In this document: positions 9,928-19,011 of the stretch, in pieces
Layout of the letters: the number at the start of each line of letters is the position of its first letter
Position numbering within the stretch: the first letter of the stretch is position 1
Virus record (IMG/VR): IMGVR_UViG_3300024306_000013
Length of the DNA stretch: 64,000 nucleotides
Direction: 5' to 3' (one strand)
Origin: a virus
Position numbers and translations under genes: made by a program
Notes under the pieces: generated by a model
What the model saw: only the letters and a program-made list of their open reading frames with translations
What the model was told of the DNA's origin: nothing
The model's database searches: none

Positions 9928-10442
9928 ATTTCAACGAATTATACAAGAAGATAGCAGACTTAGATCAGCCAGTCTCTGAACAGAAAGTAGACGAGTGCGG
10001 TGAAATGCCCTCGATGCAATCTTCGATGGATCAGCCATCAGTTAGCGTCAATCTTAATGCTAGAGGTTTAGACAATATCGAGCATTTGATGGCATTGTTT
10101 ACTAAAGTCAATCCTGACATGATGCCAAAAGGTGATGCTCCGATGCCAAAGATGGTCGATCCGGCAGCTCACATGTCCAGTCTAAAGCAAAAGCTATTCG
10201 GTGACGGTGAAGAAATGGATGCTGAAGAAGATGCCGCCGGTGGATTTGATTCTGCTTCAACCGCTCCTGATGAGAAAGTAGCAGATTTTACAGCCGCTAT
10301 ACCAGCAGGCGATGATTTCCATAAAGAAAAGAAAATGTATCCTAGAGCACAACCAGGAGATAATCCACGTGCTATGGAAAGCCTAGTAGACAAGATCAAA
10401 GAACAACTATTAGCTGATCTACAAAGTCATAAAAATCAATAA
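9924..10442 (+). CDS. Acidic hypothetical protein (possible internal head protein)
   Basis: 172 aa, D/E/M/P-rich, ATGA overlap with the previous gene. Confidence 0.55.
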   Translation: MNFNELYKKIADLDQPVSEQKVDECGEMPSMQSSMDQPSVSVNLNARGLDNIEHLMALFTKVNPDMMPKGDAPMPKMVDPAAHMSSLKQKLFGDGEEMDAEEDAAGGFDSASTAPDEKVADFTAAIPAGDDFHKEKKMYPRAQPGDNPRAMESLVDKIKEQLLADLQSHKNQ

Positions 10443-10457
10443 AGATTTAAAAATACC

Positions 10458-10486
10458 AAATAGGCCCATTAGGGCCTATTTTTTTC
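10458..10486 (+). terminator. Intrinsic terminator
   Basis: AAATAGGCCC-atta-GGGCCTATTTTTTT. Confidence 0.8.
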
Positions 10487-10499
10487 ATTAAATATAGTC

Positions 10500-12089
10500 A
10501 TGAGTAAAAGTTTAGATGGCGTATTAATCAAGAAGGCGCATAAGCCGGAAAGATATACTCTCGAAGAAGTCAAACACCTAGAAGCATGTTTAGATCCGAT
10601 AGACGGACCATTATACTTCTGTAAGAACTTCTTAAAGATTCAACATCCGACTAAAGGTTCTATTCCTTTCGAACCTTACGAGTATCAAGAAGAATTAATA
10701 CGTGCTTATCATAATCATACCTACACGATAGCGATGTTGCCGCGTCAGATGGGTAAAACTACCTGTGCTAGCGGTTATCTACTTTGGTATACAATGTTTG
10801 TACCTGAAGCACAGGTACTAATTGCTGCCCACAAATACACAGGTGCGCAAGATATCATGAATCGTTATCGCTATGGTTACGAAAATCTTCCTGATTTTAT
10901 ACGTGCTGGTGTATATTCATATAACAGAAATACTATCGAATTCGACAATGGCGCACGTATACAAGCAACTACAACGACAGAAAACACAGGTCGTGGTAAA
11001 TCTCTTTCGCTAATATACTGCGACGAGTTTGCGTTCGTACAACCTCCAGAAAAAGCCAAAGAGTTCTGGACTGCTTTATCACCAACATTGTCAACGGGTG
11101 GTAAGTGTATTATCACATCAACACCAAATTCAGACGAAGATCAGTTTGCTATGATCTGGACTGAAGCTAACAAAAAATTCGACGAGTATGGTAACGAAAG
11201 AGAAGTAGGCACTAACGGATTCTACCCATACTTTGCTCCATGGAGCGAACATCCGGATCGTGATGAAGAATGGGCTAAGGTAGAACGTGCCAAGATTGGT
11301 GAAGAGCGTTTCCGTCGTGAATTTGACTGCGAGTTCTTGATCTTTGATGAAACACTGATCAACGCAGTAAAATTAACTGAGCTTAAAGGTGTAGACCCTA
11401 TAATGACTATGGGTCAAACACGTTGGTACAAAGATATCGATCCTCGTTGTACCTATCTCGTAGCACTAGACCCTAGTTTGGGTACAGGCGGCGACTATGG
11501 TGCTATCCAAGTATTTGAAATGCCTACTATGGAGCAGGTCGCAGAATGGCGTCATAATTTAACTCCGATACAGGCACAAGTTAAGCATATGCGAGAAATC
11601 ATAAAATATATCGCAGAACGCGGTGAAGAAAAAGGTGGAGCATCTCCACAGATCTATTACAGTGTTGAAAACAATACACTAGGTGAAGCAGCTCTAGTAG
11701 TGATCAATGATTTAGGTGAAGAAAATTTCCGAGGATTATTTTTAAGTGAACCCATCCGTAAAGGTCATGTGCGTAAGTTCCGTAAAGGGTTTAACACTAC
11801 GCATCGCACTAAAATCTCTGCTTGTGCTATATTCAAAAATCTGATAGAAACACACAGGATGAAAATATTCTCTAAACCGTTAATATCTGAGCTAAAAACG
11901 TTCGTAGCACACGGTGTAGGGTTTGGAGCTAAAACGGGTGAGCACGACGACTTAGTTTCAGCTATGCTATTAATCATACGCATGGCGGGCATACTCAGTG
12001 ATTGGGATCCGCAGATCTATGAAAAAATGACGGAACAGCTCACTGAAGATCAATTGCCTATGCCTATCTTTGTAAGTACAGGATTCTGA
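10500..12089 (+). CDS. gp17: Terminase large subunit (gp17-like)
   Basis: PRQMGKT Walker A, LIYCDEFAF Walker B, ITSTPN, FRREFDCEF, nuclease motifs ALDPS.G and HDDLV. Confidence 0.95.
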   Translation: MSKSLDGVLIKKAHKPERYTLEEVKHLEACLDPIDGPLYFCKNFLKIQHPTKGSIPFEPYEYQEELIRAYHNHTYTIAMLPRQMGKTTCASGYLLWYTMFVPEAQVLIAAHKYTGAQDIMNRYRYGYENLPDFIRAGVYSYNRNTIEFDNGARIQATTTTENTGRGKSLSLIYCDEFAFVQPPEKAKEFWTALSPTLSTGGKCIITSTPNSDEDQFAMIWTEANKKFDEYGNEREVGTNGFYPYFAPWSEHPDRDEEWAKVERAKIGEERFRREFDCEFLIFDETLINAVKLTELKGVDPIMTMGQTRWYKDIDPRCTYLVALDPSLGTGGDYGAIQVFEMPTMEQVAEWRHNLTPIQAQVKHMREIIKYIAERGEEKGGASPQIYYSVENNTLGEAALVVINDLGEENFRGLFLSEPIRKGHVRKFRKGFNTTHRTKISACAIFKNLIETHRMKIFSKPLISELKTFVAHGVGFGAKTGEHDDLVSAMLLIIRMAGILSDWDPQIYEKMTEQLTEDQLPMPIFVSTGF

Positions 12090-12100
12090 TAAATATTAAC

Positions 12101-13759
12101 ATGGAAGATAATGTCAAAAGCGTAGCCACTGATTTATTCTACAAAGTTAGAAGCCGTTTTTCTGGCTTAAAACTAGGGAAAGAAACCGGTGAAGTAACAA
12201 TAAATCCCGAAGAAGCTGTATTTTTCGACTTTGATTATATGGAGGGCGAAAACCCATTAGGACACGTGAGTGTGAGCCTAGCAGAGCCCGGAAGCATGAA
12301 AGTCTATTATAGTACAGGTATCACAGAATCAATGAACCCTTTACAGAAAAACAATTGGTATGATTTTCTTAGAGGTTTAAGAGAATTTGCTAAACGCAGA
12401 TTGATGACTTTTGACACCAGAGATATCACAAAAGATTATCTAGACAAGAGAGACTTCGCTTTCTTGTCTCAGTACTCAAACAATTCACAGGTCGGAGAAT
12501 CGGTTATGAAAGAAGGAATGTATGGTAGCTCAAAGACTAGCTATCAAAAATTAGAAAATACGAAATTAATCGTCAAGCACAGTAAACAAGTAGACGAAAA
12601 TTCTCCAGGTTCAAGGACCAGGAATATCGTAGGACTGTTCATCGAAAACAGCGCAGGAGAAAGATTCAAATATCCTTTCATCCATTTAGCTGGAGCGAGA
12701 GCGATGCAACGTCATGTACAAGAAGGTGGTTTGCCTTATGATCCAATTGGCAAGCATATCGTAGGCATCAGTGAACAAATAGCACAATTGAAAAATTTCA
12801 ATAACTATGTAACAAAAAACAATCTAATCACAGTAGAAACTATCAACATCATGGATAGGAGCAAAGGCGCACTTGACAAGTTGAGAGAAGAGATACAAAA
12901 ACTATCGAGAAAATCTTATTACGAGCAATTCAAGACTAACTTTAAAGAATCTTCTCTACAAGAAATTCCAGAGGATGTAATCGAAGATCTAACAAATAAA
13001 TTCACAGTAAAGAATTTCAAAGAAGATATCAAATCCGTGTTTCCTATCATTTATAACTTGATGCAAGAGGAAAACGGTTTAGGCTATGACGACATAGTCG
13101 CAATTGATTTAGTAGATCAAGACGAGCCAGTACAAGAAGAAACACATGAGTATGTTTCTAACTTTGACAAGTTTGAATCATGGGTATTCAACCTAGGTGA
13201 AGAAAGTGCTATACTCAGCACAGACGAAGATGAAAGATCGGCTGCTGTAACCAAACTGGGTGAATTGATCAATCAACATTTTCCAGCAGGCACCGATGGC
13301 ACTAACGCTATAGAGGCATTAAATGGTATCATCGATGATCCAGGCCTAAACAGTCAGATCAAGGCTGCTGCCAAGCAAGATCCAGATGCGTGTGTAAGAC
13401 CATTAGTATACGAGTGGTTACAACAACATGCTCCTGAGATAGTCAACGAACTAGATTTTGGTGATATGGAGCAGCCACAAGAATCTCAAGAAGAAGAACC
13501 AGAACAAGAAGAACCAGAAACCACAGAATCTTATACTGTGAAAGATTTGGCAGAATTCATTGGTTCATTCTACGATAAAGAAGCAGGCGCATTTCCTAAA
13601 GGCCCAGAAGGTGTATCAATCATGGTAGGCAAAAAGTTTGGCGAAAGAGCTGAACAGATCGCAAGAAAGATGGTCGAAAGAATGGCTCCTCAGCAAACAC
13701 ATGAAAAGAATCCACAACTAGCAGAACTGTCAAGAATTAAATCATTGGCAGGCATCTAA
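12101..13759 (+). CDS. Large acidic hypothetical protein
   Basis: 552-aa ORF with a late promoter and an E-rich C-terminal third; no recognisable family. Confidence 0.7.
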   Translation: MEDNVKSVATDLFYKVRSRFSGLKLGKETGEVTINPEEAVFFDFDYMEGENPLGHVSVSLAEPGSMKVYYSTGITESMNPLQKNNWYDFLRGLREFAKRRLMTFDTRDITKDYLDKRDFAFLSQYSNNSQVGESVMKEGMYGSSKTSYQKLENTKLIVKHSKQVDENSPGSRTRNIVGLFIENSAGERFKYPFIHLAGARAMQRHVQEGGLPYDPIGKHIVGISEQIAQLKNFNNYVTKNNLITVETINIMDRSKGALDKLREEIQKLSRKSYYEQFKTNFKESSLQEIPEDVIEDLTNKFTVKNFKEDIKSVFPIIYNLMQEENGLGYDDIVAIDLVDQDEPVQEETHEYVSNFDKFESWVFNLGEESAILSTDEDERSAAVTKLGELINQHFPAGTDGTNAIEALNGIIDDPGLNSQIKAAAKQDPDACVRPLVYEWLQQHAPEIVNELDFGDMEQPQESQEEEPEQEEPETTESYTVKDLAEFIGSFYDKEAGAFPKGPEGVSIMVGKKFGERAEQIARKMVERMAPQQTHEKNPQLAELSRIKSLAGI

Positions 13760-13763
13760 CAAC

Positions 13764-13790
13764 TAGGGCACTTCGGTGCCCTATCTTTTT
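13764..13790 (+). terminator. Intrinsic terminator with a C(UUCG)G tetraloop
   Basis: TAGGGCAC-TTCG-GTGCCCTA-tcttttt. Confidence 0.85.
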
Positions 13791-13876
13791 GGCGAAATTC
13801 CTGTAAACTTTTTACGCAGTAAAACGTTCTATATATAACACAGATAGTTTTCTGTGTCTTTTAAAAGGAATTTCAT

Positions 13877-14074
13877 ATGAAATCGATCGTAGCATTATTC
13901 GCATCACTAGCATTCGCATCTGTAGCACTAGCCGCAGAACCAGCTAAGAAAGAAGAAAAGAAGGTAGAAGCCAAGCCAGCAGCCGCAGCACCCGCAGCTA
14001 AAGACGCTAAGGCCCCAGCCGCTAAAAGCGATACCAAGCCTGCTGATAAAAAAGCCGAAGCTCCTAAGAAGTAA
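13877..14074 (+). CDS. Small secreted Ala/Lys/Pro-rich protein
   Basis: Signal peptide ending ALA|AEP, low-complexity PAAK tail, AAAGGAA RBS. Confidence 0.7.
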   Translation: MKSIVALFASLAFASVALAAEPAKKEEKKVEAKPAAAAPAAKDAKAPAAKSDTKPADKKAEAPKK

Positions 14075-14276
14075 TCCAACAAGAAGGTCACTCATCGTCA
14101 ACGGAGATGATCTAGGTTATCTAATAGACGATGAGGATCTGCTGTCAGGATACAGAACTCCTGAACTAGTCAAAAGAAAAAAATCAGAAGATGATGATCT
14201 TTCAGATTACGTTAGATGGAGATTGTTCTTAGCAAGGCAACTGGCTTTGTTAAAGTACCGAGAAAAGTGGACATGA
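14073..14276 (+). CDS. Protein-like reading frame with no ATG start (see findings)
   Basis: Frame is open from 13968 to 14276 (...DDDLSDYVRWRLFLARQLALLKYREKWT*) and ends in a terminator hairpin. Confidence 0.4.
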   Translation, partial: NPTRRSLIVNGDDLGYLIDDEDLLSGYRTPELVKRKKSEDDDLSDYVRWRLFLARQLALLKYREKWT

Positions 14277-14290
14277 GCCACTTTTCTTTT
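14263..14290 (+). terminator. Intrinsic terminator
   Basis: AAAAGTGG-acatgag-CCACTTTTCTTTT. Confidence 0.7.
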
Positions 14291-14313
14291 GGTAGAAAAA
14301 AATCACAATTAAG

Positions 14314-14394
14314 TTGACTTTACTAAATAAAACACGCATACTAACACTATGCGCAAGGCATACATTTTAAGGCATATAAAGGAGGCAAATTAAA
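14314..14394 (+). promoter_or_regulatory. gp32 promoter and structured leader
   Basis: TTGACT-17-CATACT with CTAAATA nested in the spacer; leader has TATGC/GCATA and two copies of AAGGCATA. Confidence 0.6.
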
Positions 14395-15381
14395 ATGGCT
14401 ACACTAGCAGAAATCCGTGCTAAACTTCAAGAAGCACAATCACGCCAAGGCGGCACATCTACAGGCGGCGGCGACAACGCAATTTACCCCCACTGGAATA
14501 TGGAAGAAGGCAAGGAAGCCACTGTTCGATTCTTACCGGACGGTGATCCTAACAACACATTCTTCTGGGCAGAACGTGCGATGATCAAGCTGCCATTCGC
14601 AGGCATTAAAGGTGACACTTCCAGTAAGCCAGTTACTGTACAAGTTCCCTGTGTTGAGATGTGGAATGAAACCTGTCCAATCCTAAGCGAAGTACGTGGT
14701 TGGTTTAAGGACAAGGCTCTAGAAGATATGGGCCGTAAGTATTGGAAGAAGCGTTCTTATATCTTCCAAGGTTTCGTTGTTAAGAGTCCTATCGCTGAAG
14801 ATACGACACCAGCAAATCCGATCCGCCGATTTATTATCGGTCCTCAGATCTTTACGATCATCCGTTCAGCATTGATGGATCCAGAACTCAACGAACTGCC
14901 AACTGATTTCTTACATGGTGTGGATTTCCGCATCGCTAAGACTTCTAAGGGCGGGTATGCTGACTACTCTACTTCTAAGTGGAGCCGTAATGAACGTGCT
15001 CTATCTCCAGAAGAATCGGCTGCTATCGAAGCAAATGGCTTGTTCAATCTAAAAGACTTCTTGCCCAAGAAGCCAACAGATGTTGAACTCAAGGTCATGA
15101 AAGAAATGTTCGAAGCATCAGTTGACGGTGAAGCATACGACATGGATCGTTGGGGTCAATATTTCAAACCAGCCGGCATGAGCCAGCAAACTGGTGATCC
15201 ATTGAAGCAAAATGGTGCGGCTCAGGCAGCAACAACACAAGCATCTGAAGATTATGATGATGAGCCAACACAGGCTGCTCCTGCGGCTAAGGCAGCACCT
15301 GCTCCTACTAACACTAATTCTGAATCAGCAAGTCGCGCACAAGATATCTTGGCGATGATTCGTAACCGTCAGAAGCAGTAA
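14395..15381 (+). CDS. gp32: Single-stranded DNA-binding protein (gp32-like)
   Basis: VRFLPD, CPI, YWKKRSY, IRRFIIGPQIF, G.DFRIAKT.KGGYADYSTSKW, acidic/Ala tail. Confidence 0.9.
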   Translation: MATLAEIRAKLQEAQSRQGGTSTGGGDNAIYPHWNMEEGKEATVRFLPDGDPNNTFFWAERAMIKLPFAGIKGDTSSKPVTVQVPCVEMWNETCPILSEVRGWFKDKALEDMGRKYWKKRSYIFQGFVVKSPIAEDTTPANPIRRFIIGPQIFTIIRSALMDPELNELPTDFLHGVDFRIAKTSKGGYADYSTSKWSRNERALSPEESAAIEANGLFNLKDFLPKKPTDVELKVMKEMFEASVDGEAYDMDRWGQYFKPAGMSQQTGDPLKQNGAAQAATTQASEDYDDEPTQAAPAAKAAPAPTNTNSESASRAQDILAMIRNRQKQ

Positions 15382-15445
15382 TAACACGGCTCGGGCCTCT
15401 GAGACATAGTTCTTACGCCCGAGTTTTTCATCTAGGAGATTAATA

Positions 15446-15637
15446 ATGGCAAAACTAACAAAACTAGCAAAAGTCAGTGAATCTATCACTATCAATCGTT
15501 ATGACAACGCATGGATGGTTGAAATTGGTGGACGTGACAAGAAAGAAGATTGGAAAAATACTAAGACAGTATGTAATACTGAACAAGAGTTAGTTGATCT
15601 AATCAAAGAATATAATACGATGGAGTTGGATAATTGA
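15446..15637 (+). CDS. Hypothetical protein (63 aa)
   Basis: AGGAG RBS, in operon with uvsX. Confidence 0.65.
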   Translation: MAKLTKLAKVSESITINRYDNAWMVEIGGRDKKEDWKNTKTVCNTEQELVDLIKEYNTMELDN

Positions 15638-15638
15638 T

Positions 15639-16712
15639 ATGGCTAATAAACCGTTTGACGTTTCAAAATTTAGAAAAAATCTAACAAAGAGTATCGACGG
15701 TCTTAGCATTGGCTTCAACGATCCGACGGATTGGATTTCAACTGGCAACTATGCCTTGAACTATCTTATCAGTGGCGATTTCAACAGAGGCGTGCCATTA
15801 GGCAAAGTCACTGTGTTCGCAGGTGAATCAGGCGCAGGTAAAAGTTTTATCTGTTCTGGTAATCTTGTACGTCACGCACAAGAACAAGGTATATTTGTAG
15901 TTCTCGTCGACAGCGAAAATGCTCTAGACGAAAATTGGTTGAAAGCATTGAACGTAGATACCAGCGAAGAAAAACTACTCAAACTCAACATGGCTATGAT
16001 CGATGATGTTGCTAAGACTATCAACGAGTTCATGTCAGAATACAAAGCTATGCCCGATGGTGATCGACCAAAGGTATTGTTTGTTATCGACAGTCTAGGT
16101 ATGTTGTTGACTCCAACTGATGTTAATCAGTTTGAAGCAGGTGATTTGAAAGGTGACATGGGTCGTAAACCTAAGGCACTGACAGCACTTGTTCGTAACT
16201 GTGTTAATATGTTTGGCAGTCATAATGTTGGCCTAGTAGCAACTAATCATACATACGCAAGTCAAGACATGTTCGATCCTGACGACAAGATTTCAGGTGG
16301 GCAGGGTTTTATCTATGCGTCAAGCATTGTAGTTGCTATGAAAAAGCTCAAGCTCAAAGAAGATGATGATGGCAACAAGATTTCAGAAGTTAGAGGTATC
16401 CGTGCCGCATGTAAGATCATGAAGACACGTTATGCTAAACCTTTTGAATCAGTACAGGTAAAAATTCCTTACGAAACAGGTATGAATCCATATAGTGGAC
16501 TGGTCGACTTGTTTGAAGCTAAAGGTATGCTCAAGAAAGAAGGAAATGCTTTGGCCTATACAACCAGCGATGGCGAGATCATCAAACAGTTCCGTAAGGC
16601 TTGGGAAAAGAATGAGAAAGAAGGTCTAGACAAAATCATGGAAGACATTTCAAATCATGGCGAAAAATCCGTTTCAGAGATAATTACAACTGTTGAAACG
16701 GAGACTATCTAA
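15639..16712 (+). CDS. uvsX: RecA/UvsX recombinase
   Basis: ISTG.YALN, GESGAGKS, VDSENA, VIDSLG, ISGGQG..YASS. Confidence 0.93.
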   Translation: MANKPFDVSKFRKNLTKSIDGLSIGFNDPTDWISTGNYALNYLISGDFNRGVPLGKVTVFAGESGAGKSFICSGNLVRHAQEQGIFVVLVDSENALDENWLKALNVDTSEEKLLKLNMAMIDDVAKTINEFMSEYKAMPDGDRPKVLFVIDSLGMLLTPTDVNQFEAGDLKGDMGRKPKALTALVRNCVNMFGSHNVGLVATNHTYASQDMFDPDDKISGGQGFIYASSIVVAMKKLKLKEDDDGNKISEVRGIRAACKIMKTRYAKPFESVQVKIPYETGMNPYSGLVDLFEAKGMLKKEGNALAYTTSDGEIIKQFRKAWEKNEKEGLDKIMEDISNHGEKSVSEIITTVETETI

Positions 16713-16714
16713 CC

Positions 16715-16969
16715 ATGAAAGAAGACCTGATTGCTGATCTTTGGACCACGCTTGTCGAATTTATTCCTGAAAAACAAAAGAAGGAAGCCGCACAGAATTT
16801 TGTAGATATACTATTAGACTATGGTATCAAAGAATCTGTGTTAGATGATTTGCTAGGCGTTGATCCGTATCTCGATCAAGCTATTGATTATGTCGCAGAC
16901 GAAAAAGGCTACGATGACAGTGAAGAAGACTATCACGACGATGACGATTCTTACGATGACGAGGACTAA
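16715..16969 (+). CDS. Small acidic hypothetical protein
   Basis: 84 aa, D/E-rich tail. Confidence 0.65.
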   Translation: MKEDLIADLWTTLVEFIPEKQKKEAAQNFVDILLDYGIKESVLDDLLGVDPYLDQAIDYVADEKGYDDSEEDYHDDDDSYDDED

Positions 16970-17424
16970 TGAATTGGTACGATAAAATATCCAAAGATAT
17001 TTCTAATATCCCAGATGCTGTAGCTTATTTTGAATCTGAGCTACAGCAAGCAAGGATAGAATGTAAGATCTTTGGAAACATCGAAAAGGCTTCGGCATCT
17101 ATGCCTGGTATAGTAGAAAATCGCTTTGGTCAATTACAAGAGATCGAAGCGATTCTCGAATACCTTAATATAGAGTTACGTCGACTAAAAAGTCAACATT
17201 TTAGAAAATATCTTGAAAACTATCAACGTGCTTTGTCATCTAGAGACTGTGAAAAGTTTGTAGACGGCGAAGCAGACGTTGTAGATTTTGAAAAGATTAT
17301 CAATGAATTTGCTCTACTACGCAACAAATGGTTAGGTATTACCAAAGCACTTGATCAGAAACAATGGCAATTGACTAATATAGTCAAACTCAGAATTGCC
17401 GGCATGGAAGACGCCACTCTGTAA
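16969..17424 (+). CDS. uvsY: Recombination mediator UvsY-like
   Basis: Helical ~150 aa with RDCEKFVDGE and K.LDQKQWQLTNIVKLRIAG; follows uvsX. Confidence 0.75.
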   Translation: MNWYDKISKDISNIPDAVAYFESELQQARIECKIFGNIEKASASMPGIVENRFGQLQEIEAILEYLNIELRRLKSQHFRKYLENYQRALSSRDCEKFVDGEADVVDFEKIINEFALLRNKWLGITKALDQKQWQLTNIVKLRIAGMEDATL

Positions 17425-17455
17425 TACCACAAAAACATAGCATATAAATATTGCT

Positions 17456-18214
17456 ATGAAAATAGTTTTAGTAACAGGTGGTTTTGATCCGATACATTCC
17501 GGACACATCTCATATCTCAAATCCGCAAAATCTCTAGGAGACAAACTGGTCGTTGGACTAAACAGCGACAGTTGGTTGGCCAGAAAGAAAGGCGCTGCGT
17601 TCATGCCCATAGAAGAACGCAAAGTTATTCTTAAAGCTATCAAGCCTGTAGATTATGTTTTAGAATTTAATGATACTGATGGCACAGCATTAGATGCTAT
17701 CCGAAAGACTAGGTTAAATTTTCCCGGAGATAGTATAATATTCGCCAATGGCGGGGATAGAACCAAAGATAATATTCCAGAAATGACTACTGACGATTAC
17801 GATACTACATTCGTTTTCGGAGTAGGCGGTGATGATAAGAAAAATTCCAGCAGCTGGATATTACAAGAGTGGAAAGCACCGAAGACCGAACGTCCATGGG
17901 GATATTATCGTGTGTTACACGAAATTCCCGGAACAAAGGTAAAAGAACTTACAGTCAATCCTGGACAAAGTCTCAGTATGCAAAAACATCAGTCAAGGGC
18001 AGAATACTGGCACGTAGCATCGGGTTCGTGTGTGGTAAATGCCATCATGGCCAGCGGATATGTTTTACCTTCTAAAACTTTAGAACAACATGACGAATAT
18101 AAAGTACCTCTAGGGGAATGGCATCAATTGACAAATCCTTTTGATGAACCTTGTAAGATCGTAGAAATACAGTATGGCGAGCGATGTGTAGAAGAAGACA
18201 TTGAAAGAAAATGA
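17456..18214 (+). CDS. Cytidylyltransferase (HxGH) fused to a mannose-6-P isomerase type II cupin
   Basis: TGGFDPIHSGH, GLNSD.WL.RKKG, FANGGDR; then ERPWG.Y, LSMQKH..RAEYW, VEIQYG..C.EEDIER. Confidence 0.85.
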   Translation: MKIVLVTGGFDPIHSGHISYLKSAKSLGDKLVVGLNSDSWLARKKGAAFMPIEERKVILKAIKPVDYVLEFNDTDGTALDAIRKTRLNFPGDSIIFANGGDRTKDNIPEMTTDDYDTTFVFGVGGDDKKNSSSWILQEWKAPKTERPWGYYRVLHEIPGTKVKELTVNPGQSLSMQKHQSRAEYWHVASGSCVVNAIMASGYVLPSKTLEQHDEYKVPLGEWHQLTNPFDEPCKIVEIQYGERCVEEDIERK

Positions 18215-19011
18215 AAGATTGGATTTTCTTAAGCAAAGATGGCCAAGATGAATATATCAATATGTTTGCCAAAGGATGTGGATCAGAATCCGTAAACACA
18301 GAAGACTTTGATTATGATTCTAGCGATCTTCCTATAGTTCTAAGAGGCATTCTAAAACACAAGATAATGAAACGCTGTTGGGAAGATCGAAGAGACTTTT
18401 ACTATGTAGATACCGGATATTTTGGCAACGAACGCACTACAAATAATCCTAACGGTTGGAAATATTGGCACAGGATAGTTAAAAACAATCTTCAACATGG
18501 GGAAATAATATCAAGGCCAGATGATAGATTTCGCAGGTTCGGAAAAAAATTCCAACCGTGGAAAAAGACCGGTAAGAAAATACTAATAGCTAAACCAGAT
18601 GTCAAACCTTGTAAATTTTACGGTGTAGATCTAGAACAATGGACTACTGATACTATAGCAGAGATCAAAAAACACACAGACAGGCCTGTAGAGGTTCGTG
18701 AAAGAGCACCCAAGCGTATTGATAGAATAAAGACATCTACGTTACAACAAGCATTAGATGATGATGTATTTGCTCTAGTAACATTTAACAGTGTAGCTGC
18801 TGTAGAAAGCATATTTCACGGAATACCTGCGTTTACTTTAGCTCCTGCTAATGCTGCTAGCCCTGTTAGTTTACAAGACATTAGCCAAATAGAAAAACCC
18901 TACTATCCAGACAGCGATAAATTATATGCGTGGGCCTGTCATCTAGCTTATGGTCAGTTCCATGTGTCGGAATTAAAAAATGGTGCGGCTAGGGAGATGT
19001 TAAATGCCTGA
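18211..19011 (+). CDS. Capsule-biosynthesis-like glycosyltransferase (GT-B-like, KpsS-like C-terminus)
   Basis: YYVDTGYF, RP..VR, LVTFNS.AAVESIFHGIP, LAYGQF..SEL; paralog of 20446-21363. Confidence 0.5.
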   Translation: MKDWIFLSKDGQDEYINMFAKGCGSESVNTEDFDYDSSDLPIVLRGILKHKIMKRCWEDRRDFYYVDTGYFGNERTTNNPNGWKYWHRIVKNNLQHGEIISRPDDRFRRFGKKFQPWKKTGKKILIAKPDVKPCKFYGVDLEQWTTDTIAEIKKHTDRPVEVRERAPKRIDRIKTSTLQQALDDDVFALVTFNSVAAVESIFHGIPAFTLAPANAASPVSLQDISQIEKPYYPDSDKLYAWACHLAYGQFHVSELKNGAAREMLNA

